64,000 nucleotides of DNA from Raillietiella orientalis (lineage: Eukaryota): assembly GCA_036172245.1 (NCBI GenBank), contig JAYWIR010000015.1, forward strand, positions 744,001 to 808,000, given 5' to 3'. This document shows positions 40,431-53,500 of this stretch, piece by piece. The position numbers and the translations under genes were made by a program. The first letter of the stretch is position 1. Every line of letters starts with the position of its first letter. The notes beneath the pieces are model-generated. The model searched no databases. It was not told the DNA's origin and saw nothing but the letters and a program-made list of their open reading frames with translations.

Positions 40431-42318
40431 ACGTCGAGTTTCGGTTTTCATTTCATGATGACGGAGTGAAAGATTCTTTTACCCTCATTCACAGACCTTT
40501 TCCCCTTCACCCAGAAACGACAGGCTAAGGGAAATTCATCTCGGATGAAAGCGAAAAATTGCAAACATCGTGACGATGAACACCGGTTTTAGGACTGAAG
40601 GTGATTTTCGGTCCAAGGATTAAACCGAAGATGGATTCGGCCTCTGGAAATCACGCTTTGAAAAGCCCAGTAATATTTGTCGTAATACGCTTAATCCGTA
40701 ATGGTCAATTAGGGATTGGAATGATTGTAGGCCAGTGATACAAGAGTAAAGAACGTTTTTTATTCATCGTGGAGGTGCAAGCATGCTAGGAATTTGTTTA
40801 TTGCTCAAAAGGGGATCATTACAGATTCATCTCCAATATTGTGACTCCCGTTAGATCGCATTGTGGTCCATTTTCACTTTCGTTATCCTGAGACTTTAGA
40901 GAATTCACAGGGATTCTTATTTTTTGTCTGGCTCATGATGGGCAACGAAAAATGTCCGTTACGGTCGAAATTTTTGATAGTCACCCTCGATGTAAGCAGT
41001 TTGAAGTGCTGCAAAAGGCGCAACAAGACAGCAAGACATCCTGACAGCTGTCCAAAACGCACGGCAGATTCACATCCGTACTACGGGAAGATACGTACTG
41101 GAGGAAATCTGTAGCATAGATCATCATATCAAAAAAAACGCGGGTTTTATTTTTCCGCAGCTGCTCTTTCCACGGCATCTCTGCATTTCACCTTTCAAAA
41201 TGCAAATCGCTTTTCTTCATCTGCGAATGTCGTTTAGTCCCGGTTACCTAAGAGGAGTAAGGGTGATCTAAAAGACCAAGGGAGTGTGTCTAAGACTTCA
41301 TTGTCCCAAAACCGCATGATTTGAAGCTCCCTTTCCTGGACTTCATCAGCGTTTCACCTGGGTGTTGCACGCTCAGGTCGACCCATACGACAAGGAACGG
41401 ACAGGGGATACTTTGGCATGTTTCTCCCCTGAAGACCAGAAGAGGATGAACCGAATGAGGAGTCGGAAAGGTGGCATCCGTAGTCATGGTATGACGTAGC
41501 AGGAGGGAGAACATCACTTATGAGGATGATTATTCGTGAGTGCGTCCGGATGCAGAGAGCAGAATGTTCTTATAAGCACACTTTCTCTGCCGAAAAGAAT
41601 ATCATGCAATTTCAAGTGTCACCTTGGGGAACGGGGACACTCCAAGAGGTAGATTTTCATTCTTTGGCACGTGGGTCGAACGATGTTCGAGAAGACAAAA
41701 AAAAAAAAAAAAAGGGAGGAAACACACAAATGCGTGCGTGGTGCATATGAAGAGCAGCTTTCAGTTTCCGACGTTCGGATGGGTGTCGGGTCAGCCACTG
41801 TCTGGAAAGATCAGCGAGTCCTATTTCTGGTCCATCCTTGGGAGTTTGTTCTGTGTTCCGCTGGAAAGTTTTTTCTGGAAAGTTTCCTATGGATGCTTTC
41901 AGCGTGTGCTACCCGATTTTCGTCAAGAGGTCTCACCGAGGTGGATTTTCAGAGCCTACGGAATTCCGCGAGGCGACCGAGTAGACTAAAAAACTGATCA
42001 CGGAGCCACGTTCCCCTGCTCGATAGCATTAATGACGCTTGGCTCGTGAGGAATCCATTGCGTGGCTAATTGCATCTTGCCAAGGTTTGCCCGTTGAGCT
42101 CAAGAACATCTTCCAGCCGTCTGCGCAGGCTTCCGCGGCTCGTAGCATACCTTCGGACAAAGAGAGACGTGAACGTGGCTAAGAAGGAATTCAAAGGGCT
42201 TCAACCAGGCAGCTGCCGCGAAGGAACACTGCACGAAGGCACGTCTTGAAGCTGAATGCCAAAGAATATTCGTGTTAAATGCCATGGGAAGAATCGAAAA
42301 TTTGCAGACGTGAAACGA

Positions 42319-42350
42319 ACACACACGCACGCACACACACACACACATAC
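42319..42350. repeat. imperfect (CA)n microsatellite
   Basis: acacacacgcacgcacacacacacacacatac. Confidence 0.85.
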
Positions 42351-45300
42351 AAAAACCGAGTTTTCTCCTTGAAGGGAGACTCTTGTTCTTTCTATTTTTT
42401 CCCCCGTCTTTCATAGATGCCTGTTTACTCGAAAGTCGAGGCTTATGAAGGAGTCTCACAATCTCATCCAGAGATAAGATCGCGCCGAATTAGAAGGAAA
42501 CTGCGCGGTCCCTTCCCAGCATTTCAACTTGGAGCGAGTAATCTTCGCAATTCATGGAGGGTCTCCCTACTTTTTTCCCAAGTGCTATTCGATAATGACT
42601 CTTTTCCTTCTCTTTCCCTGAAGCAGAATCCTGCCACCTTAAGTGCCGCGGATCGCAACCTCAAGATAACACTGAATCTCCAGCTAGACTGCTGCCCCTA
42701 AGGTTGAAATCAATTAATGCCGGTGACCGAACTCGCAAGTTCTGCAGTCTAGTAGTATGCTGGGACCAAAGACATGCCGCTTTGGGCTTCTCCTTGGGGT
42801 CCGCTGCTGAAGAGGAAACAAGCTGCATGGAGACAGACGTACGCACACCCTTTAGGATTTTTTCTTGGTCGGACCGGGAACTTTAGGTCACCGCCGGTGA
42901 AAATAAAGTTCTTTAAACGAAGTTTTCTTGTGAAAAATATTCACACAAGAAAAACAGTCATATAAAATATAAAAATGCCTTTCTTCGTAGTGGTTTTTAC
43001 ATCACCATTACGAAGGGAAATGCCTCGGGGGCGCTGCTTCTCGTGAGCAGCTTCCTCGATGAGCTCCTCACAGGAGAAATGGGGGAAGGGGCAGACGAAA
43101 GCAAAAACACACATGCACAAAAGTTCATTTTACAAATATACTGGGAGGACGGGGGGATGGAAGTGCTCAAGAGTTCTTCCTGAAGTCCTCAGCATCCTCT
43201 GGAGGATGTTGGCAACTTCCCCCTTTTGTTGTCATCTTGTCTCCGCCTTCCTCATGAAGGAGCAGACGATTGGGATGACCTCATCTTCCGACTGGCCTCT
43301 TTCGGCAGGGCTTCTCGCCGTCACGATCCCAAGAAGCTGCAAGGGGAGCTGCAGGCGACATCGAGTTGCGCGCGAAGAGGCGATGCAAAACCTCTCTGCC
43401 ATCGCCCCTCAGGAGTAGGAGGGTTTCAGCAAAGCGTTCCCGGACATCTCAGGAGGGCAACACAATCCAACAACAGGTGCGGGAAGCTTTCCCGTTCCTC
43501 TCACTTGACACACTCTGCGGATACACTCCCTCTTGTCCAGTGGTGGACTCGTGCGGTTGCATGGGATCGTCAAGTGTAAGAACTGTAATACCGAGTCCTG
43601 CCACTTCAAGGGATGCATGGAGCTGTCCACAAACACTGGAGGACATCTTACCTATCAGGAGGAGTGTCCAGAATCTCCGTCCAGCAAAGAATTTCTTTAG
43701 GAAGGACGGCGAGGGTATATGCGTCAGCCAGTTGACGCGTCGGCCAGCATCCCAGTTGATTCTTTTTTCCCGCCATCTCGCAGGACACTTCCCATCTCTC
43801 AAGGCCATCACTATGCCCACTTTGTTGTATTGTGTAGAGCATGGCTGCAAGTGGGGTGTTCTAGGGACTTTATTGACACATAGGAACCCGCATGGTTCTT
43901 AGCCACATTAAACTTTTCCTGCTCACCTCAAAGGGACTCGACTGCTTTTTGTTCTTGCCTTTCGTTAGCATTCAGTAAGAATGCAAGCAAAGAGGTGTTT
44001 CTCTCCCCAATAACAGGCAAAAGGCTGGAGTATTCCAGCATCATCGGAGGAGAACTCCCCAAACACCAAGAGGATTGTATCGCATGCAGATGGAAGGCGT
44101 GAGCTGATTTTCACTTGCAAAGTGCATCAGAGATGCACTTCTGAGACCTTCACTGTCAGGCAGATTACGAGGAAGTTGGAAAAGGAAGGCAGTAGAGGAA
44201 AGTGAAGAGGCCTGCTCAGTGATAAGGTGGTCACTCCGTTCAAATCCGTCTTCACGAGTTCGTGAGATCATGGCCCCGTTTGTCAATCTGCCAGCAAGTC
44301 AGTCCAGGATGCTACGTGGCGAACGCGGAACGTTGGCAACTGCTGTTCCATCTTCCGAGAGTTTCTCCAGTTTGGTGGGGGGGGATGGAGAGATGCTCAC
44401 TGGAGGAGGTGTGATGAAATCTTTTCGAAGCTTCCTACTCTGTTCCGCTGAGACACGAGAAAGCGTAATCTGAAATTTGGTCCTCTTTGCTTTTTGCCCA
44501 ACATTCTCTCGAGGCGTATTCCCAGACATCCCTTTTGCTTCTCTATGGTCCCTCCTGAACCCATTTTGTCCTGTCTCCAAGGCTGCAAAACGCACCCATG
44601 AACAAACCTGAAGCTGATATGACGGTGGTCCTCAGTTTCAAATTAACGCCAATGAAAGAGTGTTGCAGATGTTCTTGAAGATAGACGAAGACTTAATTGC
44701 TGCTGAATCGACGGAAGAACATCCCTTTCAAGGGTGACTTTTGCTGACTTCACACGCTCCGAAGAAGCACGTTTTTCCCGTGATCCTTACAACTCAAACG
44801 AAAACATACAAAAAAAAAAGCTGCTCCTTCTTGAAATTTTTTGCGGTCGTCTTCCTATCTTTCTTCTTGATATGAAGATCACTGAAATCATTTCGATTCA
44901 AGCTGAAGTCCTCCACAATCCTCGGAGAATATCTCGTGTTGGTTTCATCTGAAGTGACAAAAAAAAAAAAAAGGCAAGGAAGAAAGAGATGTGCACGACA
45001 TTCTCCGTGTTCTCTTGAGTGTAAAATTTTTTTTTGTGTGTTCCCCTTTAGTCATCAGCGTGCTCTTGAAGATTTCAAGGAAACACGCGAGCTTCCACGA
45101 GTTAATTCCGTAGCTCTGGGGGAATTGCAACAGTTCCTTCAATTACCAGTCTCATCTTTCATTTACTGGGAATTAATTAAAGCGAACCATCTCGCGCATC
45201 TCGTTTTCCGTCGTGTGACTCATGGCTGCTCTTCGGAATTTTCACTCATGCAAATCTATTGATCGCTCAATCTCGAATCGGTTCCAGAAACGATAACGGG

Positions 45301-45568
45301 CATCACTTCGTAATGGGCGGGTCAAACCTCAACATCCGCTTCGAAATCCTGGCGTGATTGCTGCAAGCAAAGGAAGAGAAATTCTTTCCGCAACGTCCTT
45401 GCGCGCTGCACGTTTACATTTGAACAAAATATGAATGCACTGAACTTTTATGTACTATATTTTGAAAATGCTCGCGTTCATTCGTGATATCTTGAGGCAT
45501 TCAAACATCACACGCCGTAGTCGATTTCTGGTTGCTGAAGGCAAATAATATGTATGTTGAACGTACAT

Positions 45569-46257
45569 ATGATGGAAATCCTTTTGAGCTCTTCTTTTAG
45601 CTTCTTTTCTTCCAGGTTTTTTTTTTTTTTGGTTCGTTACGCACTCAAGGATCGTTCCCCTCCTTAGGGAGGGCTCACAGAGCTCTTTAACACTATCCAT
45701 GCCACCCAAAGGGTGCGTATTACTCTTCAAATTATGGGAGGTACCTCAGGAGGGGCCCACCCCATGGATTCAAAAAGGTCCCGGAGGAAGGACTCCTTTC
45801 CTCTTACGCTCGGGTGGGAGCCCCAGAAGGAACCTTTTCCTTATTCTCTCCGGAGGTATCCCCGGAGGGGACAGCTCCTCATTTCTTCTCCGAAGGGAAC
45901 ATAGGCATGACCCACTCTTGGAATTTCTTCTCCGGTGGGAGCCCGCAAGAGAACCGCTCCTGTTTACTCCTCTGAAGAGAACACCGGAGGGACGCTTATG
46001 AATTTTATCTGAAGGGCCTTTCCGAAGGGAGTAGCAGCTTGCACGTTGGAGAGGTATCATCAATCCACCAGCTCTATGGTACGAGATGTAGGGTGCCTCC
46101 AAAGGGGGAGGGGGGAGGAGGATGGCTCTATTCTGACAACTGGTGGGGATCCCCAAAGAGAACCGACTCCTTGATTCCTAAAAGGACCCCGGAGGCTCCG
46201 GCTTCCAAACTTTCCACCAGCGCCTTCCCGAAGCTTATAGGCCAACCAGCGCCATCC
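45569..46257 (-). mobile_element. long SINE, 5'-truncated (no tRNA head)
   Basis: GAGCTCTTTAACACTATCCATGCCACCCAAAGGGTGCGTATTACTCTTCAA, TTCCTCTTACGCT and CTCCTTGATTCCT blocks are colinear with 49727-50400. Confidence 0.8.
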
Positions 46258-47976
46258 TTTGTGTGCATATAGGATAAACATAAATTAGATATCACATAAG
46301 TATTGATGCAAAATATGCAAGCCTCTACTATAATAAAGGATATTCAGTCTACATGTGCAGTTTTCACACAGTAATGCGCAGCATTTCTTTATTTACAGAT
46401 TAATTTGCAAGCGCATGAAATGCAAACATTTATACGTATTTACACAAGCACGTATACACGCGCATGTCCATACATGCATATGCGCATACTGGGTAGATGT
46501 GGGCGTCTAATTTTACTTACAAAGAAAAATACACAAAAATACACGCAGCTCCTATACATGGATGCATGAACAAAAGTTATATACACATATGTGTTTACGG
46601 TATATGATCTACGAACATAAGTATAGTTCAGAGATGCAGTTTTTCAATATGCATATTATACATGTTTGTGTAAACATACAACACAATGATATATGAAGCA
46701 GCTTTGTGTACAGTGGATGAGTATTCCACTTGCATTAAATACCCAGTACATAACCCATGTGTACAGCCATTCACTGGAGCTTGTCACAGTCCAAAACGAA
46801 AGAAAACACGCTGAAAAATTGAGATGGAGAGGTCCGTCGCAATCACAGCATCGGATAATATTAAAAAAAAAAAAAAATTTTGTCAAAGAATTTCCCTTTG
46901 TTTGAGGCCAAAAGGAAGGGTGAAAACAAGAGCATGCTGAAGGGGAGTCTGGATATCGCAGGGAGAAAAAAAGAGACCTCTAAACTCTCAAGGGACCCTT
47001 TGTTTGGTGTCTCAGGAGTTGGAACAGCAAATTAGGAATCTGGAAAGCTGCAAAATAGATGATGCCCTACTCTTATTTCGGTTTCAGTCTATTTTTATCT
47101 GTATCGAACTCAGATATTGTCAAGTCTGCATCAGTCGTCATTCAGGAAACGATCTCTCGCTTTATGAAACGAAAATGAGATCACGAAGAGACTGTATCTG
47201 TAACAGAGGTTCAGCACAAATCGAAATTTGGAAAGCTCGAGGCGAACTTTCTGCAGCTGCTTGCTCTTGACGAAATGAATGCTTGATTATAAGATTAGCA
47301 GATGGAAATGGATGTTAGAGAGGAGTTCATATGCATTCCAAAAGGGAAAAAGAAAAAGAAAAGCGTCCCATGAAGATGTTTGAAGTAAGACATCAAGTTG
47401 GACATGGTAGGAGAGAAATCATGGCAGGCGAGAAATCAAATGTTTGCGAGCAACGCAAACATTTGATTTATTAGATGAGATGGACTAAAATCTCAAGGGA
47501 TGAAGTCTTTGCTGCCATTTTTGAAATTCTTGATGACAAGAGTCTAAGAAATAATGCCTTTCGGGACTCTGTGATGGCATCATCAATAACGAGTATAAAA
47601 CCCACAAAAGACTGTCAGAAAAAAGGAAAAGGAAAAAAATGGGGAACCATCAATCGCATCTCATCACAAGAGGTTCCCGTTTTCAGAAGTAATGGGAGCC
47701 GTGCAACCTATCAGGGCAAGGGGAATTTTCTTGAGCCTTTTTTGAGCGCACTCCGAGCTACTCGCTAACATCCATCTTCTCTTGCTGATCTCACGATGAA
47801 GCATTCGTTTCATCAAGAACAGGGATGGAAAGGCCGACCAGGTTCCCCGAGAGAGGCACCCTCACAGCAAAAGACCAGTCGGTACCACCTGAAAGGAACG
47901 TATCGATCTAGAAAGAATGAAGAAGACACAACGCTGCATCATGGGCGGAGCAGCTGATGACCAACTGATCAGTATC

Positions 47977-48227
47977 GAGGGTGGAGGCTATTCATGCTAT
48001 GTGGGAAATAGATGAATAGATTATAAGTAGTCGGATAGATGGAGTGGTCAGAGCTATGATAAGGGCTATTATGGGTCTGAGAATTGTGGAAAGTAGGATA
48101 ATCGATGATGGTGAGAGGGATGTGACGAATATAGGGGCTAGTTTTTGTCAGGATAGTAGAATTTTGGTTGATAGTCATGAGGATTTGTTGATGATGGGCA
48201 ATAGTCAATAATGAAATGGTAGTATGC
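47977..48227 (-). pseudogene. nad2: NUMT: fragment of mitochondrial NADH dehydrogenase subunit 2
   Basis: In the invertebrate mitochondrial code it reads MLPFHYWLLPIINKSSWLSTKILLSWQKLAPMFVTSLSPSSIILLSTILSPMMALIMALTTPSIRLLMIYSSISHMAWMASTL, with the ND2 motifs PFH.W, WQKLAP and YSSI.H..WM. It has four in-frame TGA=Trp and one AGA=Ser, and the coding strand is G-poor. Confidence 0.93.
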
Positions 48228-49071
48228 AATGTCATCCTTGGTGCTACTCATGAGTACTACAGTAACACCAGTCGCAACCTTTCGTGAGAGCAAGAAGTGG
48301 CAACGCAAGAGTCAATGACTGTCAGTAATCCTGAGAGCAGTACGTGTGGAGCTCTGCAAGAGCTCGTGAACCCACAGTGCGAGTCCATGGAACTATCCAA
48401 TTCCTGTATTAGAAAAATACAATTGCCGGGCGAAAATGACCCATTTTTCTAGTGTACAGCGATCGCCAGTGATCAGACTCATAAAGATGCGATTCAAAAA
48501 TTTTTTGTACCTCATTACACGAGAGGAGCATACACGTACATAGAGAGACAAAAAAAACAAAAGAAAAAGAAGAACCTATCGTCAAGAGACCAGGTCTAAT
48601 TATTTTTAATTTCCTGTATTTCCAATTGCCGAATTACCTTGATTCTCGAGAGTGCAATCACAGATAAATCCTCATCAAGGAGCTTTGAATGTGCATAAGT
48701 AAAGAATGGTTTTCCACGTCTGCGTATCTCAATTGCATGGCACCCGCTGGCAGCATCAATGAAGGAGGAGCCTCGGGAGACCATAAAGCAGCGAATGTTG
48801 GTTGAAAAGAACGGGAGGACAGACAGGGCATGCCCAAACTCCGAAGCAACCTCCGTGCTGCTCCTTCGAGTCCGCATCATAGATACAGAACACAAGAAAA
48901 GAATTCAGCATCGGTTTGCGTGGAGAAGATTTTTCGAAGATCGGTTTACCAGTTCAGAGCACGGTCAGAAAGCACTGAAGCCGGGGCCAGGGTCTCTTCG
49001 AAACCTGCAAATCCATCCTTAGGCGTGGATTTGCTGTATCTGCTAGTTCTATAGGAGACCCATTCAGGGAT

Positions 49072-49726
49072 TTGGATGCCGGGGTTATGCCGGAGCACTT
49101 ATTACGTTTCGTAATAAAAGTACATTTCGTGGTAGAACCCTTGGTTCTACCACGTACAACGAACCTTTCGAAGAGCGGTACGCAGACCGGCGAGGTCCGC
49201 TTCGGCAGCGTGAGGGAAGGGAAAACAAAAACAAAACAGGAGAGGGAAAGTTTTGTACGAGGAGGGAGGAAAGAGGAGGGGGATCGAGGCACAGTACGCT
49301 GCCAGGCGTCTCCTGCATTCTATTCAGATACTGGCAAGTTCCGTCTGTGTCTCGCCCAAGTAGGACCATCTCGAGGAGACCTTCAGGAAGATCCGGTGGA
49401 TGGTATCCAGTGCCATTTAGGGCTCTTCTTCTGGTATTCCAGGCCTCTTAATCCCTCAAAGACAGCAGGGAATTGTGCTAAGGGGCGTCTGAAAATGCCC
49501 CTGGGGCTGCCCGCCGGGGAACCCAGAATCGTCGCGGAGCGATCCCCAAGCGGTCGGAGGGTAGCATAGTCCAACAGCAGGAGCGAAAGGGTCTCCTTCT
49601 TCCCGCACCTGTCTCTCCTCTATGTCCAGGAGTGAAGGCACGCTTTGCACGGGATTCATTCCTCCTTGCAAGTGTTGCATGGAATCAGCAACGCCGACTC
49701 CGTCCACTTGAGGAAGAGTGTTTTGA
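49072..49726 (-). mobile_element. L1/Tx1-like LINE 3' fragment with intact terminus
   Basis: Minus strand CACTCTTCCTCAAGTGGACGGAGTCGGCGTTG, AGGTGCGGGAAGAAGGAGACCCTT and AATAAGTGCTCCGGCATAACCCCGG align with 57741-58445. Confidence 0.8.
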
Positions 49727-50598
49727 ATGATGGGAATCCCTTTGGGTTTTCCTGTTTTTACTGCTTTCCTTCCAGCTTTTTGAGCTTTGTTTTGGTTTGC
49801 CAAGTGCTGAAGAACCATTCGCATCCTCAGGGGAGCTCACGAAGCTCTTGAAACACCGCCCACGCCACCCGAAGGTGTGTGTAACTCTTCAAGTTAGAGG
49901 AGTAACCCAGAAGAGACCATTTCATGAATCCAGAAAGGATCAGGAGGAAAGAGTTCCTTCCTCTTACGCTTAGTAGGGAACCCCGAAGGAAACCCTTGCC
50001 CTGGCTGTCTCTGAAGAAAACTCCGAAGGGAACCCCACCTTTTTGAAGGGACCTCTCATGGAGGGGCTCTCCACTTTCTTCTCTGAAGGGAACTCGGAAA
50101 GGGTCCACGCTCCTGGAATCCCTTCTTCTGAAGGAACCTTCAAGGGGATCACCCCTCACTGCTCCTCTGAAGAGAACTCCCAAAGAAAGCTTCCAAGTTT
50201 CTCTGGAAAGGTCACTGGAGGGTGTTTCGCCGAAGGGAGCTGAGCGCTTCTGACACTCTGGAGAGGCAACCTCCTAGGGAAGTATCAACCAGCTCCGTGA
50301 ACGAGCTCCATTTTCACAACTGGAGGGGAGCTCCGAAGGGAACTGGCTCCTTGATTCCTGGAAGAGTCAACTTTCAACTTCTGGAGAGTCAACTTTCAAT
50401 CCCGGCCGGTCAGCGAGGGCATCCGGCTTCCGGTTTACACCAGCGCCTCATCCGAAACCTGTCGGCCAGCGAACGTCATCTCGAAGCCCACGACGCATCC
50501 ATTTCTCGGCGTTTTGATCCTTGCCCGGGTGGGATTCGAACCCACAACGCTTTGGTACTAGGCACGGAGACAGAGGCCACACGCCCACCAACGCGGGA
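49727..50598 (-). mobile_element. tRNA-derived SINE, long form, full length
   Basis: Head TCCCGCGTTGGTGGGCGTGTGG...GTGGGTTCGAATCCC (canonical B box); body homologous to 12174-13020; tail GGTTCTTCAGCACTT plus A-rich sequence. Confidence 0.85.
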
Positions 50599-53500
50599 CC
50601 CGATGAAACTGAATTTCGTCTTTTTTGATTTTTCAGCCTCCGAATCCGTACAGCATACGTCCCTATCTTTTCCAGGCACGCACAGCATCTGCAGCAGCCA
50701 CTCTCTTTCTCTTCTCATGCTCGGTATAAGTGACAGCATCACGGATCACGATTTCCAAGAACGCTTTCGGAACACCACGGGTTCTTCGTAGATCAGCCCG
50801 GAGTGCGCTTCACCCCACTCGGCGAGACAAGCGGTGGATAACAGGTTTCGTCATTTCTTGAATGCCGTAGCTCAGCACCTTACGATGACGCTTTGCAACT
50901 CCTTTCTCGAGACCTTTGCCACCTTTGCCACATCTGGCCATTGCATGCGTTGCTCTTCGGCAATTTCGACGCTAGAATGATTCCAAAACTGTAATTCCTT
51001 AGTATGAGGATCCATCCACATTCTTCGAATAAGGAAAAAAAAAAAAAAATCCTCTCCTCTTTGTTCCGAAGTGAGACAAAAGACATGAGACACTGCTTCA
51101 GCGAGGAGGATGGGAAGCACAAATCATAAAAAGTTCGTTTGCTCTGATAAAGTATCACAAACATAAAGACTAAAATTGGTGAAATGAAAAACGATCCAGA
51201 AACGGAGGGAGGTATCAAGAGAAAGATGTCCGTTGCATAAAGCGACATTCTAAGTGCATTTGAGTCTGTTGTGCCAGAGATCTGCGTAGGCCTTTCCACA
51301 TAATCCACGCAGGATTCAGCACTGCATTTGATGACTGCAGCCTCCACTAGTTGCAGAGGTTCGGTTTGTAGAAGGTGGGCGGAATTGATCACTTTTTCCT
51401 TCCTGGTGAATGGATAAAGCTCCAGGATTTTTCAGATCGGGGTGTTAATAAAAAAATAAAAGGGAATCTGGCTCTGTGAGAGTAGATTACATTCTGGGGA
51501 AGAACCACAGGAACCGTGGTTGCTTCCAGTGGGAACTCAACTTTCTAGGAGTTACACAAATCTCCAAACTTTCCCAGATCAAAAAAATGGATCTTTAGAC
51601 TTCACAGCTTATTGCCTCGTCTTTTTCATTCCATCCTTCCCGGATTCTGCATAGAGCACGTAGGAGTTTATTGTGTGTGGTACTTTCAACTCCACACCAG
51701 GACGGCAGACGCTGGATCGACTGCATGAAGAAGGCGACGCGGGAACGGCGGAGCCGAGACACAGTAAGACACGTCGCATCCAAGCATCGCAGCTTGCGAT
51801 ACGATGCGGTCTCGTCCGCATCTCCACTCGCTGCACACCTCAGCCGCCTGATTCGTCATCCACTCCTCCTTTGTTCGCCTCTTGACGTCTTGGAGAACGA
51901 CAATTATTTGCCACATGTTTTCCTCTTCTTCCTGGATGTTTTTCACCCATCCACCATCCATCACGGTGTGAGCGAGGCACTTTGGAGACACCACCTAGCT
52001 GGGCTCAAGGTGAGCGAGCGACATTCTCTCGAGAGCTGCCGAGATGGCGGGAAGCGCAACGATGAGCAAGGCGTGGACCGTGAGGACCGTTCTTCGTCAA
52101 GCTTCCAGGAGGTTTCGAACGTCTTGCGAGATCGGCGCGCGTCCTAGAAACATCCTCCGCCCTAAAAATGCTGCTTTCGACTGTCCGCCCCCTATCTCCA
52201 AGCAAGTTTCTTCCGGCATCATCCCGTTATCCAAAATGCTTCAGCAGCTGGTTCGTGGGGAAGTACCTGGAGTCAGGAAGTGGTGCACCTTCGGCTACGT
52301 GGGTGGAACTGCCTCCGCTGCACGAAGAAGGCGACGTGAGAGCGGTGCGATCGCTGACCCGGCCAACAGCCAACAGACATCCGCCGCAGAGTCTTCGTTG
52401 CGACTCGACCTCATCCCGAGAAAAGGGAAGCGCGTCACCGCACTCTGGACGCGTGCCGCCTATCCGAAAACACAGCGTAGGGTTCGCGGAGATGTTCGAA
52501 GGGGAAACGGAAGCCATGCGCTCTCCCCTTTCGTTCTCAGGGATTTTCGAAGCGCCACCTCTGGCGATCGTATCAGCCGGTTCGCCGAGCTCCTGGGATG
52601 CCAAGGGCGACGAGATTCAGCAGGAGCTGGAAGTTCCTAGACCTCGCGAGGAGACCAGCTTGCGAGATGGAGGTGCCGTTCTATCGGCTAGGGCAGTCGA
52701 AACGCCGGAAGGCCACCGCAAACCGCCGACACCCAGGCGAGCGGACTCTGCAGCACAGGGCCGAAACCGCCGAACGCGAGGATGCGAATCCGAACTGCGA
52801 TGGTGGACCCTCGAAGCGACGCCCTCCCCTTACCGAGGGACATCCCACCTCCACCCTTGGGCGTCCGTTGATTGCGAGGAAGTGGAAAGGTCGAAGAAAC
52901 GGGGTAGGCTTTCGAGACTGAGAACCCTCCCTTTGTGCTCCTTCTAGACTTCTCGAATCTTTCGAAGATACATTATGCGAAGCCTGTGAGACGATTCTGA
53001 CAAGAAAATGATCTGCAGCTTCAATTCTGATCTGCCACACCGAGAGAACAAGCGAGCATTTGCCCCCCTAATCATGAGGTACGCCCACGAATCTTTAACA
53101 CGTCATCTCATTCAGGTGCGATGCATGTTGATGCGCTTCAGCTCCGCAATGGATCGTTGAATTCGTCGTTCATCTTTAGATGCATCTCCAAAAGGTGCTC
53201 TTTCTGAAGAAGCTGCATTCTCTTGCATCCTGTTCTTTTCCTCCATTTCCACCACTCGGGTTCGCTATTCTCCCCCGCTGCTGAGCGCGCTTTCTTGGAT
53301 GGCGTCTCCAGTCGGAGGTTTTCTTCCTGCCTCCCTACTAAATGAACGCGAACGTCGTTTCCCCTGGTCTAGGGGATTGCTTTCCCCAATTTCGAAAAGT
53401 TTAATTTCAGGATTTTTTTCTTCTCCCTCCGGATTTAGTTTCAGTTCATCTTACTTCCCCCCCATCAATCTTTCGCAGAGTGCCGTCCCTTTGGGTTTCT

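Noticed and set aside
47969..48235. 88-aa His/Thr/Ile-rich ORF in the ORF track
   Set aside because: Off-frame reading of the nad2 NUMT.
50525..50598. tRNA gene (GGTTCGAATCCC)
   Set aside because: No clean cloverleaf, and it is continuous with a dispersed repeat body, so it is a SINE head; the same applies to the other four heads.
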